Shown one piece after another: positions 13,499 to 30,919 of a stretch of 64,000 nt of DNA. Each line of letters begins with the position of its first letter. Position 1 is the stretch's first letter. The stretch comes from the human T2T-CHM13v2.0 reference genome, Homo sapiens. Under the pieces are notes generated by a model that did not search any database, was not told the origin of the DNA, and worked only from the letters and a program-made list of their open reading frames with translations. The position numbers and the translations under genes are program-made. The stretch lies in NCBI RefSeq assembly GCF_009914755.1, contig NC_060925.1. One strand, given 5' to 3'.

Positions 13499-14961
13499 AC
13501 ATATATACACACACACATACATACATACATACAGCTCAACAAGGACAGCAAATAAAATTACAACTCATATCTACTACATATTAGGAAATTTAATAGAAAC
13601 TCTCATTTTATTTAAGAGGGTAAATCATAGTCCCAGCTATTAAGCTCAGGTAGAAAGAAGAGAAAAACAGGAATTATTTGAGAAAAACATAATGCAGTCG
13701 GATCCCAGAGAGTCTCACACTAAGTGGAGAAATACTAAGAATAGCCACACTGCATTACAGCACTTGCTACTGGGGAATTGAAGGGGCTTGAAAGTGCATG
13801 GGCCCAAACATTTAAGTCTTCAGAGGGTACTGCTTCTGGGAGAGAAAAGAGGAACTAAGTAAGAAAAGGTATCTCTTGGAAATTTGGTGATGAAGAGGGA
13901 AGAAAAAGTTGGAAATTAAGAATCCTACAGAAAGAAGAGTTTCATAAAAATGATGACATATTAAACTCCCCCTAACACTCTCCACTCCATGCAGAGAAGA
14001 AAAAAAAAAAAAAAGAGAAAAGAGAAAAATGCTGTTCATTAAGGAAATTGCATTTTACTGTATCTACTGAAGAGGGCACTCTTGAGCTAAGAAACCTAGT
14101 AAACTACTCAAATCCTTCAGCCTCATTTGCAGAAACACCTGGCCCAAGAAAATCCAACAGTTTTGAAAATGAACAGAAAATCCAGCAGTCTTGAAAATGA
14201 ACATCCAAAATTATTTTTTAAAGAAAAGAAAATGAGAATCAAAATTCTTCAGCTGATGAAAATATTCAAGACCCAACTTCAAGGCGGAGAAAACCACAGC
14301 ATGACACTTCAACATAAATCAAATAGTATCAATGACATGTAGAAAACACACAAAACAGAAACTCACAAATGCAAAATAGAAGTGGGTACAAAACGAGGAT
14401 TTGTGAAACAAGAGTTGACTGAGTACAGAAAAGAAAATGAAGGAACACACTAATCCTAAAAATTAGAGCTAAATTATAAGGTATGCAAGAAGGTGCAAAT
14501 TCAAAAAAGTACACAAAGGACACATGAAAAATTGGAATGAAAATTTCCAAGAGAATTGAAACAAAATGAAAAGCCCCAAAAGAAAAGAATAGCTATAGAA
14601 GACAAAGAAGATCTAACACACCTATAATTGAATTTTCTAAAGAAGAAAAAGCAGTGAATTGAGACTAAGATTCAAAGCTATGATCCAATAAAGCTTACCA
14701 AAAGATTAAGTTGAAAAATCCTGAATCTATTTACTGAAAGGATGCTTTGTGTGAAAATTAACCCCAAGTGGTCAAGTGTAAGATATTTTCTTGTATGCCC
14801 GGGAAAATACCTCTAAACCTCCAAGCAAAAAGACCACGTGATTCAATACACAGATCAAAACAACAATGGAGCAGTGCTCTCAAGGACAGAAAGTGTGAAC
14901 CATGGATTTTTATATCCAGTTAAGCTGATCTTCAGTTATCAAGATTGATAAATAGTTTTAA

Positions 14962-15331
<370 letters not shown>

Positions 15332-15334
15332 TAA

Positions 15335-15671
<337 letters not shown>

Positions 15672-15939
15672 TAACACTAGATAACAAGCCTCATTAAACC
15701 AAGAGATAACTGGAGAAAATACAGCAGGTAACTGTGGTGAACATGTCCTTTATTTAATTGAAGAGACTAAAATGAAGGCAGAGACAAAGGCGTGGGGATA
15801 ATATGTAAATGTTCTATGTCCAAAAGTAGAAATAACAGAACTAAAGTAATAAAAATATAGAAGAACAGAGGGAGACAGAGGAGAGCAGAATAAGCTACTT
15901 GATTGCCATATATGTAATAGGTAGAAACTGGAGGGTATC

Positions 15940-16304
15940 TATATTAGTCCATTGTCACACTGTTAATAAAGACATACTTGGGACTGGGTAATTTATAAAG
16001 GGAAGAGGTTTAATTGACTCGCAGTTCAGCATGGCTGGGGAGGCCTTAGAACACTTACAATAATGACAGAAGGGGATGCAAACATGTTCTTCTTCACATG
16101 GCGGTAGTAAGAAGTGCCCAGCAAAAATGGGGAAAAGCCCCCTATAAAACCATCAGATCACACGAGAACTCACTATCAAGAGAACAGCATGAGGGTAACC
16201 GCCCCGGTGATTAAATTATCTTCCACAGGGTCCTTCCCATGACACGTGGGGATTATGGGAACTGTAAGATGAGATTTGGGTGGGAACACAGCCAAACCAT
16301 ATCA
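15940..16304 (-). mobile_element. THE1 (MaLR) solo LTR
   Basis: Reverse complement starts TGATATGGTTTGGCTGTG; 5-bp TSD GTATC at 15935-15939 and 16305-16309. Confidence 0.92.
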
Positions 16305-17164
16305 GTATCATTTAAAGTTGACAAACCAACTAGTAGAAAACCAAGTAAAGAAAAAGTTGTGGCAGCATTATATAGCATATTAATAGCAAATAAAAACTTT
16401 TCTAAATACCAAAATAAATTGAAAAAGGACAAAGAGAAAAGAATACATAAATGTGGTAAATTTAATGCTTAAAATAAATACAAAATAATATGATGAGCTA
16501 AGACCAAACACGTCAGCCCTATCCATAAATGTAAATGGGTTTAGTCATTTACTTTAAAAAAAAGCTTTCTCAGAGAAGCTCACAAAACAAAATCCAAGTC
16601 TATGGTATACAATGGGCATATCTAAAAATTATTCTGAAAGAGCATGTACAAAGAAAATGCAAACAGTAAGAAAACAGAAGTTGTGATTGTGATATAAAAG
16701 AAACTAGAATTCAGACCCAAAAGTGCCAAATGAGATAAAGCAGCACACTTCACACAATTCACACAATCCACACTGAAGATATACTAGATATGAAATGCAC
16801 CAAATAATACAAAAATCTGTCCAGAAAAATCTGGGCAAACCCAGAAGTATATAGACTTTTTTTTTTTTTAACAAATGTATGCATTATATTTATCTAGATA
16901 CAGAAATTATAAATAAGTTCCTAAGAGGGTAACAAAGATTCAAAATAAACAATCAATACTTATTAAACATTTCCCCCAACTTCTTATTTAGAATTTTCCG
17001 ATCTACAGTAAAGTTAAAGGAATTCTGAACCTGGGCTCTTTACCCAGCGTCAGCAACTAAAATTTTTTACATTTGCTTTCTCTCTCCACTGTCCTCCCAC
17101 TTTCTTTTTTTTCTTTTTTGCCAAAACTTTCTAAAGAAAGTTATAGACAACATGACACTTCATC

Positions 17165-17277
17165 TAGGGTGACCCATGATCTTGGTTTTGGCCAAGACTG
17201 CCCAGTTTTAGCAATGAAAGCCCTGAGTTCAAGGAAATCCCCCAGTCCCAGGCAAACCAAGACTGTTGGCCAACCTA
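17165..17277. mobile_element. MER81-like hAT MITE
   Basis: ~113 bp with imperfect TIRs TAGGGTGACC / GGCCAACCTA. Confidence 0.7.
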
Positions 17278-17624
17278 CCCCTAAATATTTTAGTATCCAT
17301 TTCTTTAAAAATTTCCTACACAATCACAATGCCATTTTCATAAGAAAATGAACATTAAAATAATTATATATTCTCATCTAATCAAGTCATTTATACTTGC
17401 CTAATTATCCCAAAATATGTTCTCTGGTTACGCTTATACACGCACATGACTGCCCTAAAAGTAGGTTTCCCTTTGTAATTAGTAAATGATCTGTGGGGTC
17501 ATGCTCTGAGAAGTTATATATATCCTATTCCTCTAATAGCCTTCATTTAATGGTTTTCATATCCGCTGATAATACTTTCCTGAATAAATTATTACCTTGA
17601 GTTAAAAAATGGTCATTTTCTATT

Positions 17625-17948
<324 letters not shown>

Positions 17949-18115
17949 TAAAATGGTCATTTTCTAATCGTATCATTTATTCTATATTCATTAGATTATA
18001 TTCTTCTATTAAAAAAAGAGCTTTCCCCTTTTGCCTTTGTCTCTCTCTTTCTCTCTGTCTTTTTGGCAGCGTGGAGGATTGGTATCACTATCCAATTCGA
18101 TATCACTATCCAATT

Positions 18116-18725
18116 CTTTTTTCAACTTTTATTTTAGAATCAGGGGGTACATGTGCACGTTTGTTACCTGGGTATATTGTGTGATGCTGAGGATTGACTG
18201 GGGTATGAATGATTTTGTCACCCAGGTACAGAGCGTGGTACCCAACAGTTTTTCAACCCTTGTCCCTCTTTCTTCCTTGCCCTCTAGTAGTCCCCAGTTT
18301 CTGTTGTTGCCATCTTATGTCCCTGAATACTCAATGTTTAGTTGCCACTTATAAGTGAGAACATGCAGTATTTGTTTTCTGTTCCTCAGTTATTTGCTTA
18401 GGACAATGGCCCCCAGCTGCATCCATTTTGCTGCAGAGGACATGACTTTGTTCTCTTTTATAGCTGCATAGTATTCCATGGTGTATATGTGCCACATTTT
18501 CTTTATCCAATCCACTATTAATGGGCACCTAGGTTGATTCCATGTCTTTGCTCTGTGAATAGTGCTGCAATGACCATGCAAATGCATGTGTCTTTTTGGT
18601 AGAACAATTTGTTTTCTTTTGGATATAGACCCAGTAATGGGATTGCTGGGTCAAATGGTAGTTCTGTTTTAAGTTCTTTGAGAAATCTCCACACTGCTTT
18701 CCATGGTGTCTGAACTAATTTAGAT
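18116..18725 (-). mobile_element. L1 3' end (L1PA/PB-type)
   Basis: CCACTTATAAGTGAGAACATGCAG; ORF track 18390-18587 gives the ORF2 C-terminal motif KTWNQPRCP...WIKKMWHIYTMEYYAA. Confidence 0.9.
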
Positions 18726-18911
18726 TCCCTATTCTGTGGATTGTCTTTTTACTTTTAGATAGTGCCCTTTGACACACAAAAGTTTAAATTTGTCATCTAA
18801 TTTACCTATTTTTTTTCTTTTAAGTACCTATTATGTAATACATGGTCACAAAGATTTATCCCTATGTTTTCTTCTAAGGTTTTATAGTTCTTACACTTAG
18901 GTCTTTGATCC

Positions 18912-19210
<299 letters not shown>

Positions 19211-19404
19211 CATTTTGCGTTAATTTTTGCTTATGGTATGAGGTAGAGATCCAACAATTCTTTTACATGTGAACGTGCAGTCGTCCCAGCACCATTTACT
19301 AGAATGGCCTTTCTTTCCTTATTGAATTGTCTTCCCACCCTTATTGAAAAAATTGACCGTAAGTGTATGATTTTATTTCTGGACTCTCAATTCTATTCCA
19401 TTGA

Positions 19405-19786
<382 letters not shown>

Positions 19787-21224
19787 GCTTTGTAGTACAT
19801 TTTAAGATAGAAAGTGTGAGCTCTCTAACTTCGTTGTTTTCTTTTAAGCATGTTTTGACTCTTCCGGATCCCTTGCATTTCTATACGAATTTTGGGATCA
19901 GATTGTTGATTTCAGAAAAATAGCTAGGATTTTGATAGGGATTTTGTTAAATCTGTAGATCCATCTGGGGAGTATTGCCATCTTAACAATATTAAGTCTT
20001 CCAATATATGAATTTGTGATGTCTTTCCATTTATTTAGCTCTTTGATTTATTTCAATGATGTTTTATAATTTTCAGTGTACAAGTCTTAAAATTTATTTT
20101 GAAAACGTTTATTCTTAAGTACTTTATTTTTTTGATGCAGTTGTGAATGGAATTTTCACACTCATTTTGAGATTATTTATTGCTCGTATGTAGAAATACA
20201 GTGATTTTTGTATATTGATCTTATATTCTGACACCTTGTCAAACTCCTTTATTAGCTCTAATTATTATTTTTTCTCTTACTCAAATTGTCCCGAATTTGG
20301 TGAGACCCTCTTCAAATTGTTCTTGTTTCTTTTTAATGTGGCACCATCAGTGTTTGAGTGCTTCTGTGAGTTTTGGCATAAGATCTCACAGTCATCCAAT
20401 ACTTTCCCTTTCAAGACCTGGAATTAACTATTTTTCCAAAGAGCCTTGGTTTCTTTTAGTGGTGAAGGGTATTTTCCACTTCTTAATTTTAATTGTTTTA
20501 TCTTGTCCAATTACACTAGTTAATATTTCCAATACACTGTTAAGTAGTGATGGAGATAATGTCATCTTTGACTTGTTCCTGACCTTAGAAGAAACAACTC
20601 TCATGTTTCTCCATTAAATAAGAATTCTTAAACTTCCTGTTTTAAAAGTTTGCCACATCCCTGTTATTGATTTTTTTTTCTGAAGTTTTAATTATGGGTA
20701 TATGTTACAATCCATTTAATTTATGCTTTTATCTTTTAAAATCCCCTTCCTGGTGCTTTCTTTTAGTTCAGTTTGTTGTTTTCTAGCCCTTGATAATTTA
20801 ATTAATTTATATTTGTTATTTTTTATATGTATTTAAGGTTGTGGATTTTTTCTGATATTTGTCATAATAGCTCACAAATTCAGAAATGTAACATTTTTCA
20901 TTATAATATTTTCCCAGAAATTCTCCAATGTTGTTTTGTATATTCTCTTTCACACAATGGTTGCTCAATAGTTTTTCTTTTAGATTTCTAGGTAGAAGAG
21001 CTTTTTAGTTTTGATATTAATTTCTAGCTTTACTGCATTGTGACCAAATAATTTTTTTTGTATTATGCCTACTTTAGGGAACTTTTGAAGATTTTTTTTG
21101 GTCAAATTTTGTGACTCTCCATGAGTGCTTAAAAAGAAGGTATGTTCCTCTCTCACTGCATATCTGCATTTAAGTCATGGACTGTGAAAAAGTTCAATTA
21201 TTAGTTTCATTAAGTGTTGCACTG

Positions 21225-21650
21225 GGACCCAACCAATCAGCACTCCCCACTCAAAGGCCCCCCCCCACACGCCCACCAAATTTTTCTTAAAAACTCTGAT
21301 CCCTGAATGCTCTTAGAGACTTATTTGAGTAATAATAAAACTCTGGTCTTCTGCACAGCTGGCTCTGCATGAATTACTCTTTCTCTATTTCAATTCCCTT
21401 CTCTTGATACATTGGTTCTGTCTAGGCGGTGGGCAAGGTGAACCTGTTGGGCAGTTACAAATTTGGGGGCTTGTCTGGGATTGCCCTTGTTGGCAATGGT
21501 TCTGTAGCTTCCCTCTGGTGACAGATCCTGAGGCCAGCCCAAGTGGTTGTCTAGTTCTCTTAAACTGGGGGCTGACTCTGGCACCGTCTCTAGTGGCCAG
21601 GCACTGCCAACCCAATGAACTGACATTTGTGACCCATTGATATGACTCAA
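21225..21650 (+). mobile_element. ERV1 5' LTR (LTR8-like) U5 end, tRNA-Pro PBS and leader fragment
   Basis: LTR ends ...GGGCAGTTACA at 21459; TGGGGGCTTGTCTGGGAT at 21464-21481 matches the PBS-Pro TGGGGGCTCGTCCGGGAT apart from two C>T changes. Confidence 0.75.
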
Positions 21651-23249
21651 CACACTCCAAACTAGAGATTCAGCAGCAAAAGAAGAGGTGACATGTACAA
21701 GGGATACCCCGGTTTCTCCTTCTTGTTTGCTGATATTTTACAAACAGATTGGTTGTGTTTCATTTCCTCCTGACTGGGGATATACTCATGACTAATGGAT
21801 TCCTCAAATGAGTTTCTGATCTTATTTAACTTCCAACCAGGCTCTTCGGTAGAACCCCAAATCCTACTTTATCTCTATTGTTTCAAACTCCTCTTATGTT
21901 GAGTTTTGATTTTGTCACCAAAGCTGTTAGGGAGAAGGAAAGTAGACTATGCATTCCCTCCTTCACCACACTTGACTATCTTTATCTCACGTCTCATCAG
22001 GGAGACCTAAAATGGGGGAGGAGGAAAATCAGAGGGACAGGATCCAGTAGTCCTAGAGCAAGACTCCTGCAAAGATCAGTGGGAGGGGAAGTAGATCCAT
22101 GTATTTAAAGCAAGGTCACACTTGTTTCATCATGTACAAGGCTTCCTTCTTAGCCTTGGATGGTTCAGTGACTTAGATGCAAGTAAAATCATGCTGATTA
22201 GATTTACAGCTGGGAGAGATCACTATTTGGATAAAAAGCAAAGATTTCAAAAGACCTTGAGTCTAGATCAAAACAACAAAATGCAATTAAATGCTAAGTT
22301 CTATATTTATGTTTTAAAATTCAGTTACAAAAGTATACAGGATAGGAGAAACTTGGTTTGATAACAATTTATATGAAAAAAATTCTAAGATGTTAGATGA
22401 CTCTAAATTAGCTCAACCTAATGTTAAAAAATCTTCCACACCCTCAAAAACATCTGATAAAATCTTGGTTTCTATAATGGAAATGTAGTATTGTATTCAG
22501 ATTCATGAAAGTGGTCATATAATTGAACTCGACACTGGAAATATTGCCAGATATATTTATTATAAATAAAAAATATGAACAATGTGTACATTATGACACC
22601 ATTTGTGTAAATAATATCATGTATGTGTATGTACGTGCTTGTCTGTGTGGAATAGATATGAACAACGTTCTACATTTAGGTTTCAACATTCAGTTGCAGA
22701 AGTATAATCTTCATAAAATTTTTAAAATGCTTTAAATCCTTTCTCATGGCCATGCATCTTGGTAGACATTGAACATAGAAGTTGGGCAATATATGAAGAA
22801 CTTAGGAGGGCTCTAGGTTCTATTTTTTAGAAAGATATTGTGAAAGGAGAAAATATTCAAAGGACAGGGAAAGGATATAGAAAGAGCAGAAGGAGGGTGT
22901 GACAGGGGAGGGGGCAACTGTTTGTATTCTTCAGCTGTAATGAGTAGCCCAAGGCAGAACAAAGACCAGCAACAAAATGCCATAAGAAGACAGTTCTGTG
23001 TTCAATTCAAGGAAGGCCTGCAATGCTCAAATTGTCCTGTTATGGATAAGACTGAGTTTCCTTTCCTTTGCGTCCCCTGCCAACTGGGATGATGATGATG
23101 TTATGAACAGTAATGCTTACCATTTAGTGAGTGTTTACTAAGTGTTTTTCACTATCTTGTTTAATCCTCCCTACAATGCTATGAAGGTCAGAGAGATTAA
23201 ATAACTTGCCCAAGGGTTGAGTGTCCACCCACAACCCCACAAAAGGGGG

Positions 23250-23733
23250 TATGTTGGTCTGTTTGGGCTACTGTAACAAAATACTATAAATTGAGTTGGG
23301 TAGTTACAAAGAACAGAAATCTCTTTCTTTCTTTTTCTTTTCTTTCTTTACACCTTTGACTTCTTAGGCTCAAGTGATCCTCCTACCTCAGCCTCCCAAA
23401 GTGTTGTTATTACAGGCATGAGCCACCATGTCCAGCCCAGAAATTTCTTTCTCATAGTTGTAGAGGCTGGGAAGTCCAAGATAAAGACAGATGTGGTCTC
23501 TAGTGAAGGCATGCTTTCTGCCTCATAGATAATGTCTTCTTGCTGTGTCCTCACATGGTGGAAGGGGAAAGGCAGCTCTCTGGGCCTCTTTTATAAGGTC
23601 ACTAATCCATTCATAAGGGCTCTGCCCTCATGACCTAATTACCTCTCAAAGGCCCCATCTCCTAATACCATCACCCTAGTGATTAGGTTTTAATGTACAC
23701 ATTTTGGGAGACAGAAACATTCAGACCATTGCA
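23250..23733 (-). mobile_element. MaLR LTR (MLT1A/MST-like) containing an Alu fragment
   Basis: GGCTGGGAAGTCCAAGAT...CCCTCATGACCTAATTACCTC...AACATTCAGACCATTGCA. Confidence 0.75.
23325..23439 (-). mobile_element. Alu fragment
   Basis: GCTCAAGTGATCCTCC...GCCTCCCAAAGTG...ACAGGCATGAGCCACC. Confidence 0.8.
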
Positions 23734-23766
23734 AAGGGGATAGTCCAGTATGTCTATATTTCATGC

Positions 23767-24725
<959 letters not shown>

Positions 24726-24863
24726 AGATTAAAAAATAAATTTAAAGTGGAGACTACCCTTAATTGTTTTCTGTGCTAATGACAGTCCTATTGTCATTGC
24801 CACTGGGGAAACAGAAATGTGAAACAACACTATTGGTTCCAGTGGCTCCAGAGGCATTTGGGT

Positions 24864-24937
24864 TAGGTTATATAGTTTAGCTTATATTCTGGAATATAAG
24901 TTTATATTAGGTTATATAGTTTAGGTTATATTCTGGA
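24864..24937. repeat. ~30-bp direct duplication TAGGTTATATAGTTTAG(C/G)TTATATTCTGGAA
   Basis: Read directly. Confidence 0.85.
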
Positions 24938-25124
24938 ACTTTCTGTAAAAGAGGACGGGCAACAGGGTTCCTCAAGCATAATAAAAGAAAGACATTTAAA
25001 TAATGAAGTTTCAAGGATGTGATCTTCTCCAAAAACCAAGACCTTCTTATTTCTCTCTCTTTAGCCACACACATGCATATACCACACATTTATTTATTCA
25101 TTGCAAAAAAAAAAAGCCATTCTG

Positions 25125-25402
25125 TCAGGTATGGTGGCTCATGCCTGTAATCCCAGCACTTTGGTAGGCTGAGGTGGGAGGATCGCTTGAGCCCAGGAAT
25201 TCAAACCAGACTGGGCAATAGAGTGAGACCCCGTCTCTACAGAAAATAAAACAATTAGCTGGGTGTGATGGTGTGTGCCTATAGTCCCAGCTACTCTGGA
25301 GGCTGAGGTGGGAGGAATGTCTGAGCCTGGGAGGTTGAGGCTACAGTGAACTGAGATCATGTCACTGTACTCCAGCCTGGGTGACAGAGTGAAACCTTGT
25401 CT

Positions 25403-25433
<31 letters not shown>
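25125..25433 (+). mobile_element. Alu (AluJ-like)
   Basis: Alu motifs, long A tail, AAAGCCAT flanks. Confidence 0.93.
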
Positions 25434-25434
<1 letters not shown>

Positions 25435-26213
25435 CCATCCTTTTTGTCTGTCACTGTCTCTCTCAATGGACAAAGTATTATAGTAAGCTATCATTTACTG
25501 AGACTATTTCATCATTTACATGTAACAGCAAAACTTATCACAACTGTGAATTAGGTGCTAGGTATTATTTCCATTTTACAGATTGGGAAACAGAGACTTA
25601 GAGAAGTTAGGCAAGTTGGCCAAGGCTGTAAAGTCAGTCAGTGGCCGAGCCAGGATTCATACAGTTGTGCTTAGCTGGGAAGTCTAGGTCCTTTCTACTA
25701 GCTCTCCTCCACTCACACCACACACATGTGTGCATATACATGCATGCACACACACGGATCTTGTATCCTGTTGACTTTGAGTACTGTCATAATCATATTT
25801 CTGGACCTAGCTTTGTAAACACAATGACATGCATGGAATTCAGGATTTTTTTTTTCCCATTTTGTTTTTCTCCAAGCCCAGTGAACCAGATGTACAAATA
25901 AGTGGGCTTACTTGGTTTGCATTTTTGACATTTGAAAAGAAATTCCATGTTGCTCATGCTCATGAATGTGCCTCAGGCACTTGGGTGTTTCCACTTGGTG
26001 GAAGATCTTCTCTCAGACCACATTCTTTTCCCATGGACTCCAGAGACTGTGGCAAAAGCCTGCCACTGGATCTGCCTGGAGCGAGCAGTGATTGTGGGAG
26101 TCAGAGGCTTCTGGTCTTTTTTCAGCTCCAGTTGGAAGAGTGCCATAAAATCATGTGATGTTTGGACTAAAAGGGCAAGCCAAAGAATGTCCCTTGCATC
26201 TTTCTCTGACCAG

Positions 26214-26297
26214 TGAAGTCGAAGCAGTGAGCAAGGAGGCCTCTCCAAGGAACTGTTTCAATCCACTGGATGTGCCAGGACTCACCAGGAATAAAAG
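26214..26297 (+). other. Candidate cryptic/alternative exon (84 nt)
   Basis: Acceptor tcccttgcatctttctctgaccag|T, donor AAG|gttagt, in non-repetitive sequence. Confidence 0.45.
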
Positions 26298-26647
26298 GTT
26301 AGTCTCTAAGCCAGGCCCAATGGGGCTATTAACACTTAGCACTACTTCAGACCAGCCAGTGAGAGTCAGGATGCACAGGGAAGGAGAGTGGGAGACCCTG
26401 GAAGGGAACTTCTAGGTCATCTGGTTAATTTTCCTCCACTAACAGGAGTGAGTAGCAGTGTTGGTGGTCAAGTAGTAAGCTAGGAGGAGAAAGGACATAA
26501 CTAGTCTTTTACAGATGGTTTGGTTAACCAGGACTAGATTTCTAGGTGTCTTAACCCTGAGGCCAGGTGAAAGGTCCCAGGACAGAGGGCAACCCTAATT
26601 GGTGGCACGTGGTCACCATTCCTGAGTAGCTTTGCTAATTAGATCAC

Positions 26648-26939
26648 TTTTTTTTTTTTTTTTTTGAGACAGGGTCTCCCTCTGTCGCCCAGGCTGGAGT
26701 GCAATGGCATGACCTTGGCTCACTGCAACCTCTGCCTTCAAGTGATTCTCCTGCCTCAGACTCCTGAGTAGCTGGGATTATAGGTGCATACTACCACACC
26801 TGACTATTTTTGTAGTTTTAGTAGAGAGGAGGTTTCATCCTATTGGCCAGGCTGGTCTTGAACTCCTGACCTCAAGTGATCCACCTGCCTCAGCCTCCCA
26901 AAGTGTTGGGATTACAGGTGTGAGCCACCGCGCCCAGCC
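26648..26939 (-). mobile_element. Alu
   Basis: Alu motifs. Confidence 0.93.
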
Positions 26940-26992
26940 AAGGTCACTCTTCTAAAGGCCTATTTCTTCAGTCCGGATGCCAGGGAGAGTGA

Positions 26993-27396
<404 letters not shown>

Positions 27397-27469
27397 TTCC
27401 TATTCTTCTGAATTAGAGAAAGAATAAAATGGGTTTTTCCCAAATTTCTCTCTCTCTCTGTCTCTCTCT

Positions 27470-27762
<293 letters not shown>

Positions 27763-27989
27763 TAAAATTTATTATAGAGTGTTACTTTTCTAGACCACTA
27801 AGGGCCTCACTCTGAACTGGGAGGGTAACTTAACTCTTCCTGACAGACCTGGGCCTCCATGCTACTGTAACCTCTTTGAGTCCTCCATACCTCCACCCTG
27901 AGACTTAGCAAATGGTCTTTGGCCTCCTTGAGTGAGCAAGAGGTAGTGAGGAAGTCCAGTGTAGTCATGAAGTCATGAGCCTAGGTTGA

Positions 27990-28297
<308 letters not shown>

Positions 28298-28369
28298 TGA
28301 CTCAGCTGAATTTTAAGTATTGAAGTGAACTATACGAAATTGTTGATATGCAATCTAAAAACATTAAAA

Positions 28370-30120
28370 TGTTTTGTTTTGAGATAATTGTAGATTGATA
28401 TGTAGTTGTAAGGAATAATACAGAGAGACCCCATGTACTCTTTTGCCCATTTTCTCCTAATAGTAACATTGTGCAAAACTATAATCTAATATAGTAACCA
28501 ATAAGTTGATATTGATACAGTAAAGATACATACAGAACAGTTTCATCACCACAGAACAATTTCATCACCACAGAATCTCTTCTATAGCCACATCCACCCT
28601 GCCCCTCCCTGGCAGCTACGATTTTGTCCTCCATTTGTATAATTTTACCATTTTAAGAATGTTACATAAATGAAAATGTAAAGTATGTAACATTTTGGGA
28701 TTAGCTTTTTTCACTTATGGTAATTCCTTGGAGATTCACTGAGCTTGTTATATGTGTCAATAGTTTGTTACTTTTTATTGCTCACTAGTATTCCATGGTA
28801 TGCATGTACCACAGCTTGTTTAACCATTGACCCATTAAAAGATGCCTGGGTTGTTTCCAGTTTTGGGTTGTTACAAAGTAAAGCTACTGAACATTCCTTT
28901 TATAGGTTTTTGTGTGTTTTCATTTTTTCTGGGATAAGTACACAAGAGTGCAACTGCTGGGTCATAGGGTAGTTCTGTGTTTAGTTTTATAAGAAACTGC
29001 TAAACTCTTCCAGGGTGGTTGTACCAGTTTACATTCCTGCCAGTGATGTAGGAGTGATTCAGTTTCTCGGCTACATCCTCATTCTGTCAGGTGTGTAGTG
29101 ATATCTCATTGTGGTTTTAATTTGTATTTCCCTAATGGCTAACAATGTTGAATTTCTTTTCATATGCTTGTTATCTATGTATCTGCTTCAGGGAAATATG
29201 CGTTTATGTCTTTTGCACATTTTAATTTTTTTTTTTTTTGAGACAGAATCTCACTATATTGCCTACGTTGGAGTGCAATGGCGTGATCTTGGCTTACTGC
29301 AACCTCTACCTCCTGGATTCAAACAGTTCTCCTGCCTCAGCCTCCCACGTACCTGGGATTACAGGCATGCACCACTATGCCCGGCTAATGTTGTATTTTT
29401 AGTACAGACAGGGTTTCACCATGTTGGTCAGCCTGGTCTTGAACTCCTGACCTCAGGTGATCCACCTGCCTTGGCCTCCCAAAGTACTGAGATTACAGGT
29501 GTGAGCCACTGCACCCGCCAGTTTGTTTGTTTTTTAATGCTGAGTTTTGAGAATTCTTTACATATTCTAAATACTCCTTTGTTGGCTATGTGGTTTCAAG
29601 TATTTTGCCCAGTTGGTAGTATGTCTTTTCATCTTCTTAACAGGGTCTTTCACAGAGCAAAAATAATCTTGATAAGGTCCAACATATCAATTTTTCCTCT
29701 TATTGTGCTTTTGGTAACAAGCCACAGAACTCTTTGTATAGCTCTGGGTACTAGAAAATTTTCTCCTATTTCTTTCTAAGTTTTATAGTTTTACATTTAA
29801 GTCTAGAATCCATTTTGACTTGATTTTTGTATAAGGTATGAAGTTTGGGTCCTGGATTTTCTCTCTTTTTTTTTTTTCCTATGGATGTCCAATTGCTCCA
29901 ACATCATTTGTTGAAAAAGCACATTTCTTCCACTGAATTGCTTTTGATCCTTTGTCAAAAATTAGTTGGACAGATTTACGTGGGTCCATTCTATTTCTGG
30001 GTCTTTATTCTGTTCCGTTGATATGTGTCTATTTTTCTGCCAACACTGCACGGTTTTTGAAATTGTACCTTTACAGTAGGCTTCAAGTTTGGGTGGAGTG
30101 ATTCCTCCCATTTTATTTTA
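28370..30120 (-). mobile_element. L1M (MB/MC-type) 3' region, Alu-interrupted
   Basis: GTTGTAAGGAATAATACAGAGAG, CTCATTGTGGTTTTAATTTGTATTTCCCTAATGGCTAA. Confidence 0.8.
29226..29519 (-). mobile_element. Alu
   Basis: Alu motifs. Confidence 0.93.
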
Positions 30121-30224
30121 TATACACACACCTTTCCTCCCCAACCCCCAATCATTTGAAGGCATGTTAAATGCATCGTGGCTCTTTATTCCTAAATGCC
30201 TTCGTGTGTATTTTCTTTTTAAAT

Positions 30225-30364
30225 TTTTTTTTATATTTTTCAATTTTTAATAAGAGAGACAAAAGGTTTCACCACATTGCCCAGGCTGGTCTTGAACTCC
30301 TGAGCTCAAGCCACCTGCCCACCTCAGCCTCCAAAAGTGCTGGGATTACAGGCGAAGCCACCGT
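30225..30364 (-). mobile_element. Alu monomer/fragment
   Basis: Left-arm motifs. Confidence 0.8.
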
Positions 30365-30604
30365 GTGGGGCTTCAGTGTGTGTTTTCTTAAAATAGGGAT
30401 ATTTTCTTACATAATCGCAGTGTAGTTATTAATGTCAGCAAGTTTTTTATTGATAAACATTTTTCTCTAATCTGCTACATATATATATATATATATACAC
30501 ATTTTTGTAAAATTAACTCAGTAATGTGCTTTAGAGCCTTAAAAAACAAAAACAAAAAACTACAAAACAGTGTCCAGTCTAGAGTCAGGTGGTATTGTAT
30601 TTAG

Positions 30605-30919
<315 letters not shown>

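Noticed and set aside
18082-18116. Short direct repeats here and at 28532, 24864 and 58027 as a CRISPR-like array
   Set aside because: Two-copy slippage duplications with no spacer array, in eukaryotic DNA
29111-29779. Longest ORF (222 aa) and the many ORFs with LECSG / SASRVAG / FHHVGQAG motifs
   Set aside because: Translations of Alu and L1 sequence, not genes
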